Origin: Nemertoderma westbladi | Taxonomy: Eukaryota > Animalia > Xenacoelomorpha | NCBI GenBank assembly: GCA_032718475.1 | Contig: JAUCBJ010006595.1 | Span: 38,927-102,926, forward strand | DNA: 64,000 nucleotides | Reading direction: 5' to 3' | In this document: positions 22,538-34,200 of the stretch, one piece after another | Numbering within the stretch: position 1 is the first letter of the stretch | How the letters are laid out: each line of letters begins with the position of its first letter | Notes under the pieces: generated by a model | Told to the model about the DNA's origin: nothing | The model's database searches: none | What the model saw: the letters and a program-made list of their open reading frames with translations, nothing else | Made by a program: the position numbers and the translations under genes

Positions 22538-25500
22538 TTAGTCTTTCTTACGCGGATGGCGTTTACGCAGTTTTTTGAGGCTAGCAAGAGTCCTTTTCTC
22601 TTTGGGGCGAGCCACTTTACTAGGAGGGCTGTAACTCCTGGGTGAAGGGTGCAATACAATTGCATCAGAAGGTTTAGGATTACGATCGGTGTATCCGCTG
22701 GTTGAGGTACCTGGTTGATCGATATCAACTTCAGTGGAGCGAGGTCTAACGGCCTTTAGGGCGCGTCTTAGGACAGCAGCTCCTACGGGTCCTTGACGGG
22801 TTGTCTGGACAACGGCGGTAGGCGGACCGTGAGTGGTGAGAAACTTCCTTGGTTTAATGGTTCTTTCCAGGCCGCGTTCTTGGGCTCGATATTCGTAGGG
22901 CCGTCGAGATACTTCCTGTAACTCAGGGTGCGAGTTGATAAATAAATCGCCATACTCAGGGTCTTGACGGATGTAATTGATCAAATGGTATGAAGTAATA
23001 TCGTTAGGATTGACGTTCCTAAGGTATTTTCGAACAAATTTGGTGGAAATACACTCACCAACACGCTTCATTAGCTCGTAACTCGGTGTGCGTGTTTTTT
23101 GTTCCACAGACGCGAATAAATAAGGATGGAACGCGTAAACTCCCTCGTAAGAGCGTCCAGGGTAGTAGCGATGGCGGGACTCACAATGTAAATCCGCGTT
23201 CGCTTCCCAAGCTCGGATGTAGCGCAGGGTAATCAACTCATCTACGCTCTCTAAATCGCGATTAAAGGGGCAATTATAACTGGCATGTCCTTTAAGTTGA
23301 CAGTGGTGGCATTGAGTCATAAATTGGGGGCAGACTGCAAAAATATGAGAGTTATTAAGTCTGCAATACGCACAATATATCTCCATCATCGGTTGTTCGT
23401 GGAAATAGGAGCAGGGTACGTCTGAGTCCATAGGGGTGAAATGGTCTCTCGATGCGCATAATCGACAACGTTTTCGAGAAACATAGTTAGCGTGTCGATA
23501 ATCGTATGCGGTGAGACATTGTGGACCTTGATACCACTCTAAGACGTAGTCGTTATCGCTGCTCCGGGGCGCTGTAGGCTGGATCGCTTCAGATTCTAAG
23601 CATATTGGTTCGTCTTCCAATTGCATAGCTGAGGTAGGTGCGGCTGTCTCCGCAAGCGGACCCACTGTCTGAACTTCCACGACAGAATAACCTGTGGGTA
23701 TTCGGGGTCTTTGTATAACAGATGAATGTAAGTTCTGTATACAAACGCCCTGAAAGAGAGCAAATCCCGCGCTGTTTAGCTTCTCCGCAGCTGAGTCTCT
23801 TAGGCTGAGTTTGGTCAGAGCGTGGTCCTTGAACTGACTATCAACGTTACGGAACGGAGTCAGAAAGCGCCTGAAACATTCGAAGCGGATGAATTTATTG
23901 TGTTCATCTAACTTGGCGAGTTTGGTTCCAAGTATTAATGGATGGGCACGTATGGTACGACTGCACACATCGGCTAGCCAACCGGCAAGTGCTGCGTTTT
24001 CAAATATCGTGTATATAGCTAAGGAGGGACGAAGTGGAACACTCATAAAGCTATACACGGCGCCAGGCGCGGTCAATGGTCCATCAAAGTATAAACGAGA
24101 ATAATAATCTCCATATACTTGTTGGTAATTTATAGGATTTCCAACCTTGAAATTCCATCCGTATTCTTGAAAGGCAAGATGTCCGATGGAGGTTCGTTGT
24201 ACTTTAGTAATGCCGCTGGGTGTATTGGCATACATAGTGCGGAAGAAACCTCGGCCTTCTGCCCAGGGAGCAATCAGCTGAGTATCAACGAAAGGGTATG
24301 GAATGTTTTCCATATTCCGAAAGTCATTTTGTAGATCTCCATAAACAGCCGAGCCGATTTTAAGGATTCTTTCGTTAAACAACATCTCGAGCACGGGTTG
24401 GGGTAACATCGATCCATCGATACCCATGGCCGGTTTGCGCTCGGTGTCGGTGACATAACGCTGCGCGAGTTCGAATTGTCCATGTCGGAGTTTCTTTTGG
24501 GTCTCAGTAAGAGTTTCAAAAGAATAATCAATCACATCGGAACACGCTCGAGTAAATACGTGGGTAGAACCAGCGAGTCCTCGTATGTGTATCATCCGCG
24601 TAGTTCCCAGTTCTCCAACCGGAACGCTACCTTCGTTGTCGTAGGTGACAACTCCATACATCTCGATAATGTTAAGAGTCTCATTCCACTCTTTAGTGGC
24701 GTTTTCGAGAGTCATTCCCACAGGATGCCACAAGGTAGCGCATTCGCTAGCATTAGGTAGGTCTCTATACTTTAAATATTGTGTGGTATATGTTTCCACA
24801 TCTCCATATCGTTGTATTCTTTCCTCCTTGAATAACACGTCAAGATTCCAGTGTACTAAACGAGTTTTGATGAATCCATCAAGATTATACGGAGGTATTG
24901 TTTCTTTCTCTATTCTGGAAACATTATATGGTTTTCGAAATGAGTTTACTTTAACTAACTGATCCAGATGTTTATGCAGTTGTTCGAGTTCGACAAGATC
25001 GAGAGGATTTATGAGTGGCAAAAACCTCAGACTATGTGTAGGATCTTCCGGTTTTACCATGTAATATTGTGTTAGGTTAACGTAATAAGGGTGATCTTTG
25101 ATCCCATAAAACGAGTCCGGTAAAGGACAAGCGCGTATGTTAACATCGTGTACCATGCGACGGACAAGATCCGCTCTATTGTCCGGAGGTTCAACGAGTA
25201 TACCATCGACACGAGCGGCTTCGATGGGAGGACGCTGTAACATGGGAGCGTCAGCGATAAGATCTCGAGATCTTAGGTTGATATCAACCGGTTGTGGTTG
25301 TGCCGTCACAAAGAGTTTGTCTCCGAAATGGGGAACCATCGAGGGATGAAGGATGGTTTTAGAGTAGAGATCCGTCATAAGGATTTGAGCTTCGGGTTGA
25401 GCTAAAGCTGCTTCTTCTCTCTCATCCAGTTCTATATGTCTCTCCTCGAGCTGATTTTCCTCCGCTTGTTGTTGTAGACGCTCATCTAGGAACTCTTGTA

Positions 25501-26644
25501 AAGAGTAGGTTCGTCCACGTTCGATGTCCTCCTCGAGATTTTGTATTTCTCTATCGAACTGGGGTAAAGCTAATTCCTTCACCGCTTGGACTTGTTGTTG
25601 TAATTTACGTTTCTCCAAACAATCGTAAGTTCCCTTTCCGATTTTCTGCCGAATAGCGTCTAGCGCGTTTCGTACGACGCTCTCTTCGACTTCCGTAACG
25701 GGTTGGATCGAGGTGAAGCCGGGACGGTTGTATGGGTTAAACGGCGATATTAGATGACCGCGTCCCAATCCAGCTAGGTAGGGTTGGCGAATATCTAGTG
25801 AGCCTACCACCGGGGTGCCACCGATCAACTGTTCAGGTAACACTAGATCTTTGAACAGTGAGTACAGTTCGGGAGGATCCGTGATACTATTAGGATCAAG
25901 AGTCTGAGGTCTAACTGAGGAATGAGGAGGTCTGACCGAGTATTCCGGAACTCTGATCATTGGTTTGTTCAAGGATCGTTTGAGTCGAGCGACCATAGGG
26001 GATACGTCGAACAGGTTTCGCTCGAAACTCCCATAAGTATATCGGGTAAAACTGTGTTTAGCGCAACGTCTCCGCGGATGTTTATGTCTTTCCGTTTGCT
26101 GATTGGGTCTAGGGCATTCGTCGCAGTAATACCAAAGACGCACGTCCTGCAGGGGAAACGCGGGTGATCGTTCTCCAGTTTTACAATATTCCTCCATCTG
26201 TTCGAAGCTATCTGGGACGACAGGTAGCGGTCGATCGGCGGTAAGATACATCATAGTGAAATAGAGTCGTTTGAGTTCTATCATAGGATCATGATGTATA
26301 CCTTGGGGATATCGAGTTTCGAGATTCTGTTGACTGGCAATATTGACGTCTATAATATATGTAATATTGGTGTCTACATCGTCCGTATCGTGTAAATCGA
26401 TAGGATGGCCAGTAGTTAAGAAGTCCATATACGTACCATTACGATGCGTATAGCGAGCGGTGAACTTTCTATAATCCAATTCACGCGTAAGTTGCTCCTG
26501 GGACAGTGGCGGTTCGATATAACGACCATCATCCTCCGTAGTAGTTGGATCAGCATCGCCGCGTATCAAGCTATCGACAAATGCTTGTAAAGGTAGAGTA
26601 TATCGCTCCCTAATACCGAGATCATCTTCTATCAACTCAGTCAT
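22538..26644 (-). CDS. Retrotransposon ORF3 of copy C, 1368 aa, putative exonuclease/zinc-knuckle protein
   Basis: Intact and nearly identical in protein to 8658-12911, apart from an in-frame replacement of 57 aa by 8 aa near the N-terminus. Confidence 0.8.
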   Translation of the reverse strand: MTELIEDDLGIRERYTLPLQAFVDSLIRGDADPTTTEDDGRYIEPPLSQEQLTRELDYRKFTARYTHRNGTYMDFLTTGHPIDLHDTDDVDTNITYIIDVNIASQQNLETRYPQGIHHDPMIELKRLYFTMMYLTADRPLPVVPDSFEQMEEYCKTGERSPAFPLQDVRLWYYCDECPRPNQQTERHKHPRRRCAKHSFTRYTYGSFERNLFDVSPMVARLKRSLNKPMIRVPEYSVRPPHSSVRPQTLDPNSITDPPELYSLFKDLVLPEQLIGGTPVVGSLDIRQPYLAGLGRGHLISPFNPYNRPGFTSIQPVTEVEESVVRNALDAIRQKIGKGTYDCLEKRKLQQQVQAVKELALPQFDREIQNLEEDIERGRTYSLQEFLDERLQQQAEENQLEERHIELDEREEAALAQPEAQILMTDLYSKTILHPSMVPHFGDKLFVTAQPQPVDINLRSRDLIADAPMLQRPPIEAARVDGILVEPPDNRADLVRRMVHDVNIRACPLPDSFYGIKDHPYYVNLTQYYMVKPEDPTHSLRFLPLINPLDLVELEQLHKHLDQLVKVNSFRKPYNVSRIEKETIPPYNLDGFIKTRLVHWNLDVLFKEERIQRYGDVETYTTQYLKYRDLPNASECATLWHPVGMTLENATKEWNETLNIIEMYGVVTYDNEGSVPVGELGTTRMIHIRGLAGSTHVFTRACSDVIDYSFETLTETQKKLRHGQFELAQRYVTDTERKPAMGIDGSMLPQPVLEMLFNERILKIGSAVYGDLQNDFRNMENIPYPFVDTQLIAPWAEGRGFFRTMYANTPSGITKVQRTSIGHLAFQEYGWNFKVGNPINYQQVYGDYYSRLYFDGPLTAPGAVYSFMSVPLRPSLAIYTIFENAALAGWLADVCSRTIRAHPLILGTKLAKLDEHNKFIRFECFRRFLTPFRNVDSQFKDHALTKLSLRDSAAEKLNSAGFALFQGVCIQNLHSSVIQRPRIPTGYSVVEVQTVGPLAETAAPTSAMQLEDEPICLESEAIQPTAPRSSDNDYVLEWYQGPQCLTAYDYRHANYVSRKRCRLCASRDHFTPMDSDVPCSYFHEQPMMEIYCAYCRLNNSHIFAVCPQFMTQCHHCQLKGHASYNCPFNRDLESVDELITLRYIRAWEANADLHCESRHRYYPGRSYEGVYAFHPYLFASVEQKTRTPSYELMKRVGECISTKFVRKYLRNVNPNDITSYHLINYIRQDPEYGDLFINSHPELQEVSRRPYEYRAQERGLERTIKPRKFLTTHGPPTAVVQTTRQGPVGAAVLRRALKAVRPRSTEVDIDQPGTSTSGYTDRNPKPSDAIVLHPSPRSYSPPSKVARPKEKRTLASLKKLRKRHPRKKD

Positions 26645-28278
26645 ATCTGCTATGAGTTTATCAATATTATAATGAGTTTATATATTAGGCTAGCGGGCGT
26701 CGCTGCCTACCCCTCTTTTGCCCCCGGACAGTGTAAGATCCTCAGCGCCGATGTACCGTCGTCGCTGTGCTTTCGCCAACGATGTAGCTACACAACGACA
26801 ACGATAACCGGCACAAGTCACTCCACTGTCCGTACCAAAGGCTTAGATGTACTGCAGGTTCTTTCTGGAGAGTTAGGGCTACTTTCACAATTGCGACTCG
26901 CTACTGTAAACACACCTTAGTAGTAACATTCACCTACAAACGCACAAATTCACACAACTGCCATAAACTGCACACATTCGGGCCATTTGTCCGTTAGTCA
27001 GTACCTTCCAGAATGTCACTGTATTTATTATGTATCCTTGGATACTAGCAGTGCGCTATTTATTCCCTATGCTATTCAATGGGGCAAGCCTTCTATTGTT
27101 CTTTAACTCACTTCTAATTCTAGCGTGGTTGTTGCCATGGTGACATTATGGAAAGCTAGCGGCAGAATTAGGGTAATTCTCATGCATACAGATCTGGGAT
27201 GCTATTTAATAGTAATTCTTTAATTGTCAATATCCTCTCTATATATGATTTTATGAATTTTATCGGCTATTGACTATATATTGGAAATTCTCACACACAA
27301 ATACACTTAATAGAGTGAATCTCCGCTCCCATGATCTATTAATTAATGGAATTTTGGGAATGTTATAAATTGTATAAAATGACAATTTATTAAATTCATT
27401 GAAATATATGAATTTAAATTTATTCCCGTAAATTTTATTATTTAATATTAAAATAGACACAATTTTATTCCAGAACGTGTCTGGGGACTGGGATCCTTGA
27501 TTCTAGGAATTTTGTCCTTTTAAGAGTATCGGTAAGTGCTATGATATCTTAATCGACTAGAATTTTAAAGGATCTGATATTTGACAGATTTTGTAAATAT
27601 TAATAATTAATATTTAGGATGGGCACCAGTTTATTCCAGAACTTGTCTGGGGACGTTAACCACTGATTCTAGAATTTTGTCTTTCAAGTATATCGGTGGG
27701 TGCCACGATATCTTAATCGACTAGAATTGCAGATGGTCAAAGGGTTTAACAGATTTATTTTGCATTATACGCTACTGTTAAAGGGACATCACGCTACTAT
27801 ATGTATTATTTAATATACGGTATGAGAGCAATATCGCACGAAGCAATGTCAGTGTGAAGAGGCAAGTCGTTTCCAAGGTCTACCCAGAGCTTGGTTTAGC
27901 CGAGACACGAGGATCTGAACTTTGCATTCCTAATACTCTGCCTACCAATAATACTTGAATATAGTAGTGGCTTTATTGTACTTTAATAAGTACGGAGATT
28001 TCATCTTACTGTAGTCACGTATTTAGAATATGATACGGACAGTAAAGAAAGAGAAAAAGAATTATTTCTCACCGTCGCACTAAATATATAATATAAGTAA
28101 TTACGTAATAAACGCGAACATATTGCACTAATCTACTAAATAATCGCTAAAATAACATGCTACTAAATAAAATTAAATAAAACGATTATAATAAAATTAC
28201 ATAATAATACATACATAAATATAAAATAAAATAATAAGAATATAAAATAATATGGTCACACACCCACTCCATATGCTA

Positions 28279-31200
28279 CTAAGCTGGGGAGTCCCTAGAT
28301 GTTTGTTGGATTAGGGAGGTGGTCGTGGGAAGAGTATCTTGCCTCCCATAGTTTCCGGAGAGTTCTCTGTCTCTTTCCAGTAAACATAAGCGACCAACTG
28401 GGCGATTGAGCTGCTGCGTCTCGAAGACAATTCCCGGTTTCTTGAAGTTACGTCGCATGACGACGAGTTCTACCGATCGCACCAAACCGTCATCCGAGAT
28501 GTGAGTCTCGATGATACGACCTGTCTGCCACCGCTTACGTGGAAGATCTACATCCACAATAAGAACCATGTCTCCAGCGCTGACGTTTTCTTGCTGCGCA
28601 AACCACTTAGTTCGAAGTTGTAGCGTGGGCAGATAATGTTTTTCGAAATGGTCAGCGAAACGACGGGATAACAACTGCATGAGTTGCCAAGTTTGCCGGC
28701 AGTATTCGTCTCCGTCTGTGATTTCCGATTGTGGTAGCATGGCTACAGGTTTCTTCAGTAGGAAGTGCGTGGGTGTTAGCGCTTCCAGGGAATCGGGACT
28801 CGATGAGACTGGCATAAGCGGTCTCTCGTTGAGATAGGCGGCGATTTCCTCCATTAACGTCCGCAAAAGTTCGTCGGTGAGATACGCGCGGCAAGGCACT
28901 ATAAAGTGAAATGCTGTCTTCACACTTCTTATTAATCTCTCCCAACTTCCTCCCCACCAAGGGGCGTCAGCGGCGTTGAAGGTCCAGCTAGACGCTGTTA
29001 CTCGTAGCTGATCGTCCACCTGTCTTTGGTTCCAATCTTTGACGTAAGCTTTGATTTCATTGTTGGCACCAATGAAGTTAGTTCCCTTATCAGATCTCAT
29101 CGTGTTACTAGTGCCAAAGCGAGCGATCTGTCGTCGTAAGCTTAATAGGAAGCTGTTGGTCGATAAATCGTTCACCATATCGAGATGGGTAGCTCTACAA
29201 GTCATACAAACAAAGATTACACACCATCTCTTGACTATAGTCCTAGCACGATATACTTCAATAGGGCCAAATAAATCCACACCGGTATTAGTAAAGGGTG
29301 GTTCATAGAAGCTTACTCGTTCCCTAGGTAATTCTGCCTCTCGCTGTGTTAAAGGCCTACTGAATGCTTTCCTACAGGGTATACAGTTCCTAAGAACTTG
29401 GTTCAGAGCTCTACGGGGTTTATAAAAATAATAGCGAGTTCGAATTTCGCTAAGAACTCGTTCCCTACCAGCATGATAAAGTTTGCTGTGAACATCTACA
29501 ATCATCTTGACTTGTATTTCAAGATTTCTAATGAGTATGGGGAACTTAGTGTCAAAGGATAATGGAGCATTCGTTAATCTTCCTCCAACACGTATCAACC
29601 CATCTATCATTGTGCTAGAGAAACGATCCCTTAAGCGCATCTGTGGATTTCTCAACAACAGGAAATACTTATCGGAATCTTCATAGCATTGCAGGAGTCT
29701 CAGCATCTGCTTGTTGGTTTCTTCATGCTCCTGATAACTGATCTTCTCCTTCAGAAACCTGTCGGGTATCTTATATTTGGGAAGATCTTTAATAACATGG
29801 ACCTGCACTGATGTTATTGGAGCGGTATCACCTTTGGCCTTCATTCCAGAGTAGTGATGGTGAAAACATCTCTTTAAATATGTAACAGCCTTACAGAGCC
29901 GATTCCAGGAACTGTAGTGATGTATCGCTCTCTGCAGAAGAGGTGAGAGTCCTTGCGAGACGTCTGGTATTCCAGATTTCCAATCCTTATCACGGATTTC
30001 CACAACAAGTTTATTTGTGGCTGTGGGTTTCTGATCCAAAGCGTCGTCTCCGGAAGTATGTAGTACAGACAGATCTACTATAGGTTTGAATAACTTCGAT
30101 TTACTCGCCCGAGTTTTAGGTTTGACTTTCTCCGCTCCCTTGGCCTGTCTAATCTCTGTGGTAGTAAGATGAGGAGGCCATTCTTCTTCTTCTTTGTAGA
30201 GGAAGCCGGGTCCACCTAGCCAGTCTGGAGTATCTACCAGCTCTTGTGGAGTTGCTCCCCTGGAGGCGATATCTGCTGGGTTAATCATTCCGGGGCAATG
30301 TCTCCATTGATCCATCGTTGTGCGACTGAGTATAATAGCTACTCTGTTGGTAACGAAGACGCTGAACTGACAGACTTCATTGGTTATATACTCCAACACG
30401 AGTAAAGCGTCGGTCCAATAGACAGTTTTCTCCAGTGGATAGTCGATCTGTTCTGTTACATTCCGGCCGATGGCTGTAGCGTATAGAGCCGCTTTTAACT
30501 CCGCTCGAGGAACTTTCAACTTGTTGTTTATCAATGCCTTAGAAGTAACCAAGGCAACTTTGATTCCGTCCGGAGTTTCCACCCTTAGGTAGGCTACTAT
30601 ACCTATTCCCATATCGCTGGCGTCTCCAAACACATGGAGTTGATAGGAATACGTAGGGAGAACATGACCAAAATATGAACAGGAAATTATAAAGTTCTCG
30701 ATGGCTGGTAGAGAATCTTCCCATTTCATCCACTTCTTTAACAACTCTCCCTTGAGTGGATCGTCCCATGAGTGGTTTTCAAGCCACATTTGTTGTACTA
30801 AACTCCGAGCAATCAATATAACTGGGCTAATAAATCCCAATGGATCGAAATAAGTGCTCAGGATACTTAAACAAATCCGTTTAGTCCAAACTGGATTATC
30901 TCGCTGTTTTAGTTGAAAAAACAGGATATCTCTTTCGGTGTCCCATTTCAAACCAAGGGTCTTAGTTTCTGGGAGATCATCTTTTATTAGATCCAGGTCT
31001 TTTGCTCCTCGATCTTCTACCGGGATCGACTCCAGAAACTCACGGGAGTTGCTGGTGAATTTAGTTAATCGAAATCCACCTCTTTTTAAGCACTCTACCG
31101 TTCCTTTAGCGACATCAATGGCTTCTTCGACTGATGGAAGGGACTTTAGATTGTCGTCCATGTATATATCTCTCTTGATGTTGCCAATCACCTCTTTAGA

Positions 31201-34200
31201 GAAGGCGTCTCGGTTGTCATCCGCAGTGGTGCGCACTGCGGAACAGGCGTTTGAAGGGCTCGAGATTATCCCAAAAGCTTGGATGGTCATCCAGTACTCC
31301 ACCGGTTTCTGGTTGAGGTCTCCTTCAGGCCACCACAGAAATCGTAGGCTATCTCGATCCTTATCCAGCGCTTTGACTTGTAAGAACATGCCTTCTATAT
31401 CTGAGGCGAAAGCAATGGAATATTGTCTTAATCTTAAAAGTATTCCCAACAATGATTGGAGTAAGTTGGGTCCGGGTAGCAATTCAGAATTAAGGGATTG
31501 GCCCATATAGAGGGCGGAGCCGTCAAACACCACTCGTACTTCATGGGGTTTACCGGGTTTGGGAACATAATGGTGAGTTAAATAATACGTTCTCTCAGTT
31601 ATAGGTGTTTCTTCCGGTACTAGCTCCGCATATCCCTTGCTAATAAATTTCTTCAATTGTGTTTGATACATTTCTTTAGCTGAAGAATTTGCCGTAAGGC
31701 GTCGATGTAGTTGAGCAATTCTTTTCTCCGCCAAGGGTCTGTTGTTTACGAACTTTGGTTCTCGCTTTCGGAAAGGTAGCCCGATCTCATATCTACCTTG
31801 ATCTTTAAGAAAATGTGTAGTTGTCTCTTGGATCTGCTTGGCTCTTTCTTCCTCTACCGATAGGGCCTTATCGTAGGAATTGGGCTCTACAGCCTCTTGA
31901 GTAAAGAATCGTACGGCATGTTCATCACGAGTATTCGCGTTGTAGCGATCTATCACTTCATTCAGTTCGTCATTGTAATCGATTTGTCCCGTTGGATGAA
32001 TGAGGTGACATAGGTTCACTTGGTTTTGCCAAGTTTCGTTTTCCGTAAGGAGGTCGATGGTATTCTCCTCGTCGAATAGTTGGTGGATATCGTCATGATC
32101 TGAGGAGTATGGGGTTCCCTCAGGTGGGTAGTCTCCCTCACTGATCTCATCTTCCCATTCACTCACCTGGTAGACTCGTTCTTTGGGTAGCCTTTCCATG
32201 AGAGTTCTACGGGAAGGTCCAGTAAAGTACCAACCTACTCTAGTTCTTCCCGCATAGGTTTGCAGTGGTTGCGGTTGAGCAGGCCGTTTTTCCAATGTCT
32301 CAAGCGCCTCATGCGCATTTTGGCCGATGAGTATTTGCACTCCAGGGTAATCTGTGTTGAATCTAGGTATCTCATGTTGCTGGGTGAAATCGTCCTCATC
32401 CCAGTTATAAGGTTCCACTTGGCTGGTAGCAAAGTTCTTTATCGCCACCATTTGTACTGACCTTATACTGTGTTCTCCTAGTTCATCCTGGGGGGGTGGA
32501 CAACGCGCCTACATAGTAATCTGTAGTTACTGTAGATTTCCAAACCTGCATAATTCCTGAAATGTTCAACTTAGTTCGGAACTTGGGTTGTCCAGCAAAG
32601 ATGTCTTCGGCTAGTTCTTTGTCGATGAATGTTCCTGTGCTGCCGGAGTCAAGAAGTACGTTCACTATATAGCTCTTTTCTGACCCGTGGACTCTCAACT
32701 GCACTACGGGAAATTCTCGGATTCCTACGTTGGAAGTTGGTGCTTTCCAAGATGGTTGTCGGTCAGGAGTAGTTAGGGGGAGCTCACTATCAGTTTCCTT
32801 CTCATACGTAAGTGCTCGATACACTGCGGTATTTATTAGGTAACAGGATTCGTTTTCGTCGGAGAATTCATCCGTATAGAATCCTTCCATCTCAGAACTT
32901 TGGTCAGTGTTGTTCACATCACTGAATTGGACATGTAGTTCAGACTCACTTACCTAACTCGGGTTGTTTCTTTCGAATTCAGTGTGCAACAAGATATGAT
33001 GTTTCGCGCCGCACTTAGCACACCTTGCGTCGGAGTAACAGGTTCGCCGTTGGTGTCCTTGTCCGAGGCAATTATAACACAACCGCTTATTCCACATGAC
33101 TTCACGTCTATCTATTAGGGATTTCTTTAGGAATTCATCACATACACTTAAACGGTGGGGCCCGTCGCACAGCACACATTTTGGTTTGATGTTACTTACT
33201 TTACCTTGGGTAACGTTGTGCACACTCGTTCTTCCCTCGGGCTTTCTTCCGTGATCTCTCTTAGGAGACGTAGGAGGAGTTTTTGTTACCTGTTCTCTCC
33301 TGTCATTGGTTCGAGACTTAAATTTACTTACGTCTTTAGGCGCTTTGTTGACATAGTAAGATCTTTCAGTGTCTTTCCCGCTGTCCTCCTCTGGAGAAGC
33401 CTGGCTTTCGCCGTCGTCTGTATAACACACTGGTGTTACTTTTCTCCTAGAAACGGGTTTCTCACTTACCTTATTTTCCGGTGTCTTCTCTCTGGACTGC
33501 TTTAGGAGCTGTAATTTCACTTCTCTATCTAAGAATGACATGAGATCAGTCATGGTAGGGTCTCGTCGTTGTTGTTCCATCATATATAACACCTTCTTAT
33601 CCCAGCGTGTACCTACTCCACCCTTGGGCAAAGCAGATGCTAAGGCTCTTACAACCATAGAATTCTGGTATTCATGAGACTTACCTAGCCAATCTAATTG
33701 TCTACAGATCTCCTGAATCTCATCGGAAAACTCTATAATCCCGCTGCTAAGAAACTTTCGGGGCGCCATTAATTTTGCATACAAATACCCAGCTATGTCA
33801 TTCCTATTACCATACCTGATGTTTAATGTATTCCAAACTTGTCTTAATCCATCTGGATGTCCAATAAACTTTAACGCCATTAACTTGGGAGGTCCTTCCA
33901 AACACTCGATGAGGAATCTAAGTTTCTCTCCGTTAGATAGTACAGAGTTCTGTATGTTATCTTTATAATATTCATTAAAAGGTAACCATTTCATCTCATC
34001 TCCATTGAACTTGACGATCTCTCCCACCTTTACTGCTTGACGGGCTTCGGTTCTAGCCATTTGACGCGTAAAACTTTCTTGGGCCATCGTATTATTTAAT
34101 ATCGAGTTATCGGTATATAAATTTCTCGGATTATTATCAGGTCTATATGGAATATCATTGTCAACAGGTTTATAATTACCCTTAATAGGGTTTACTATAG

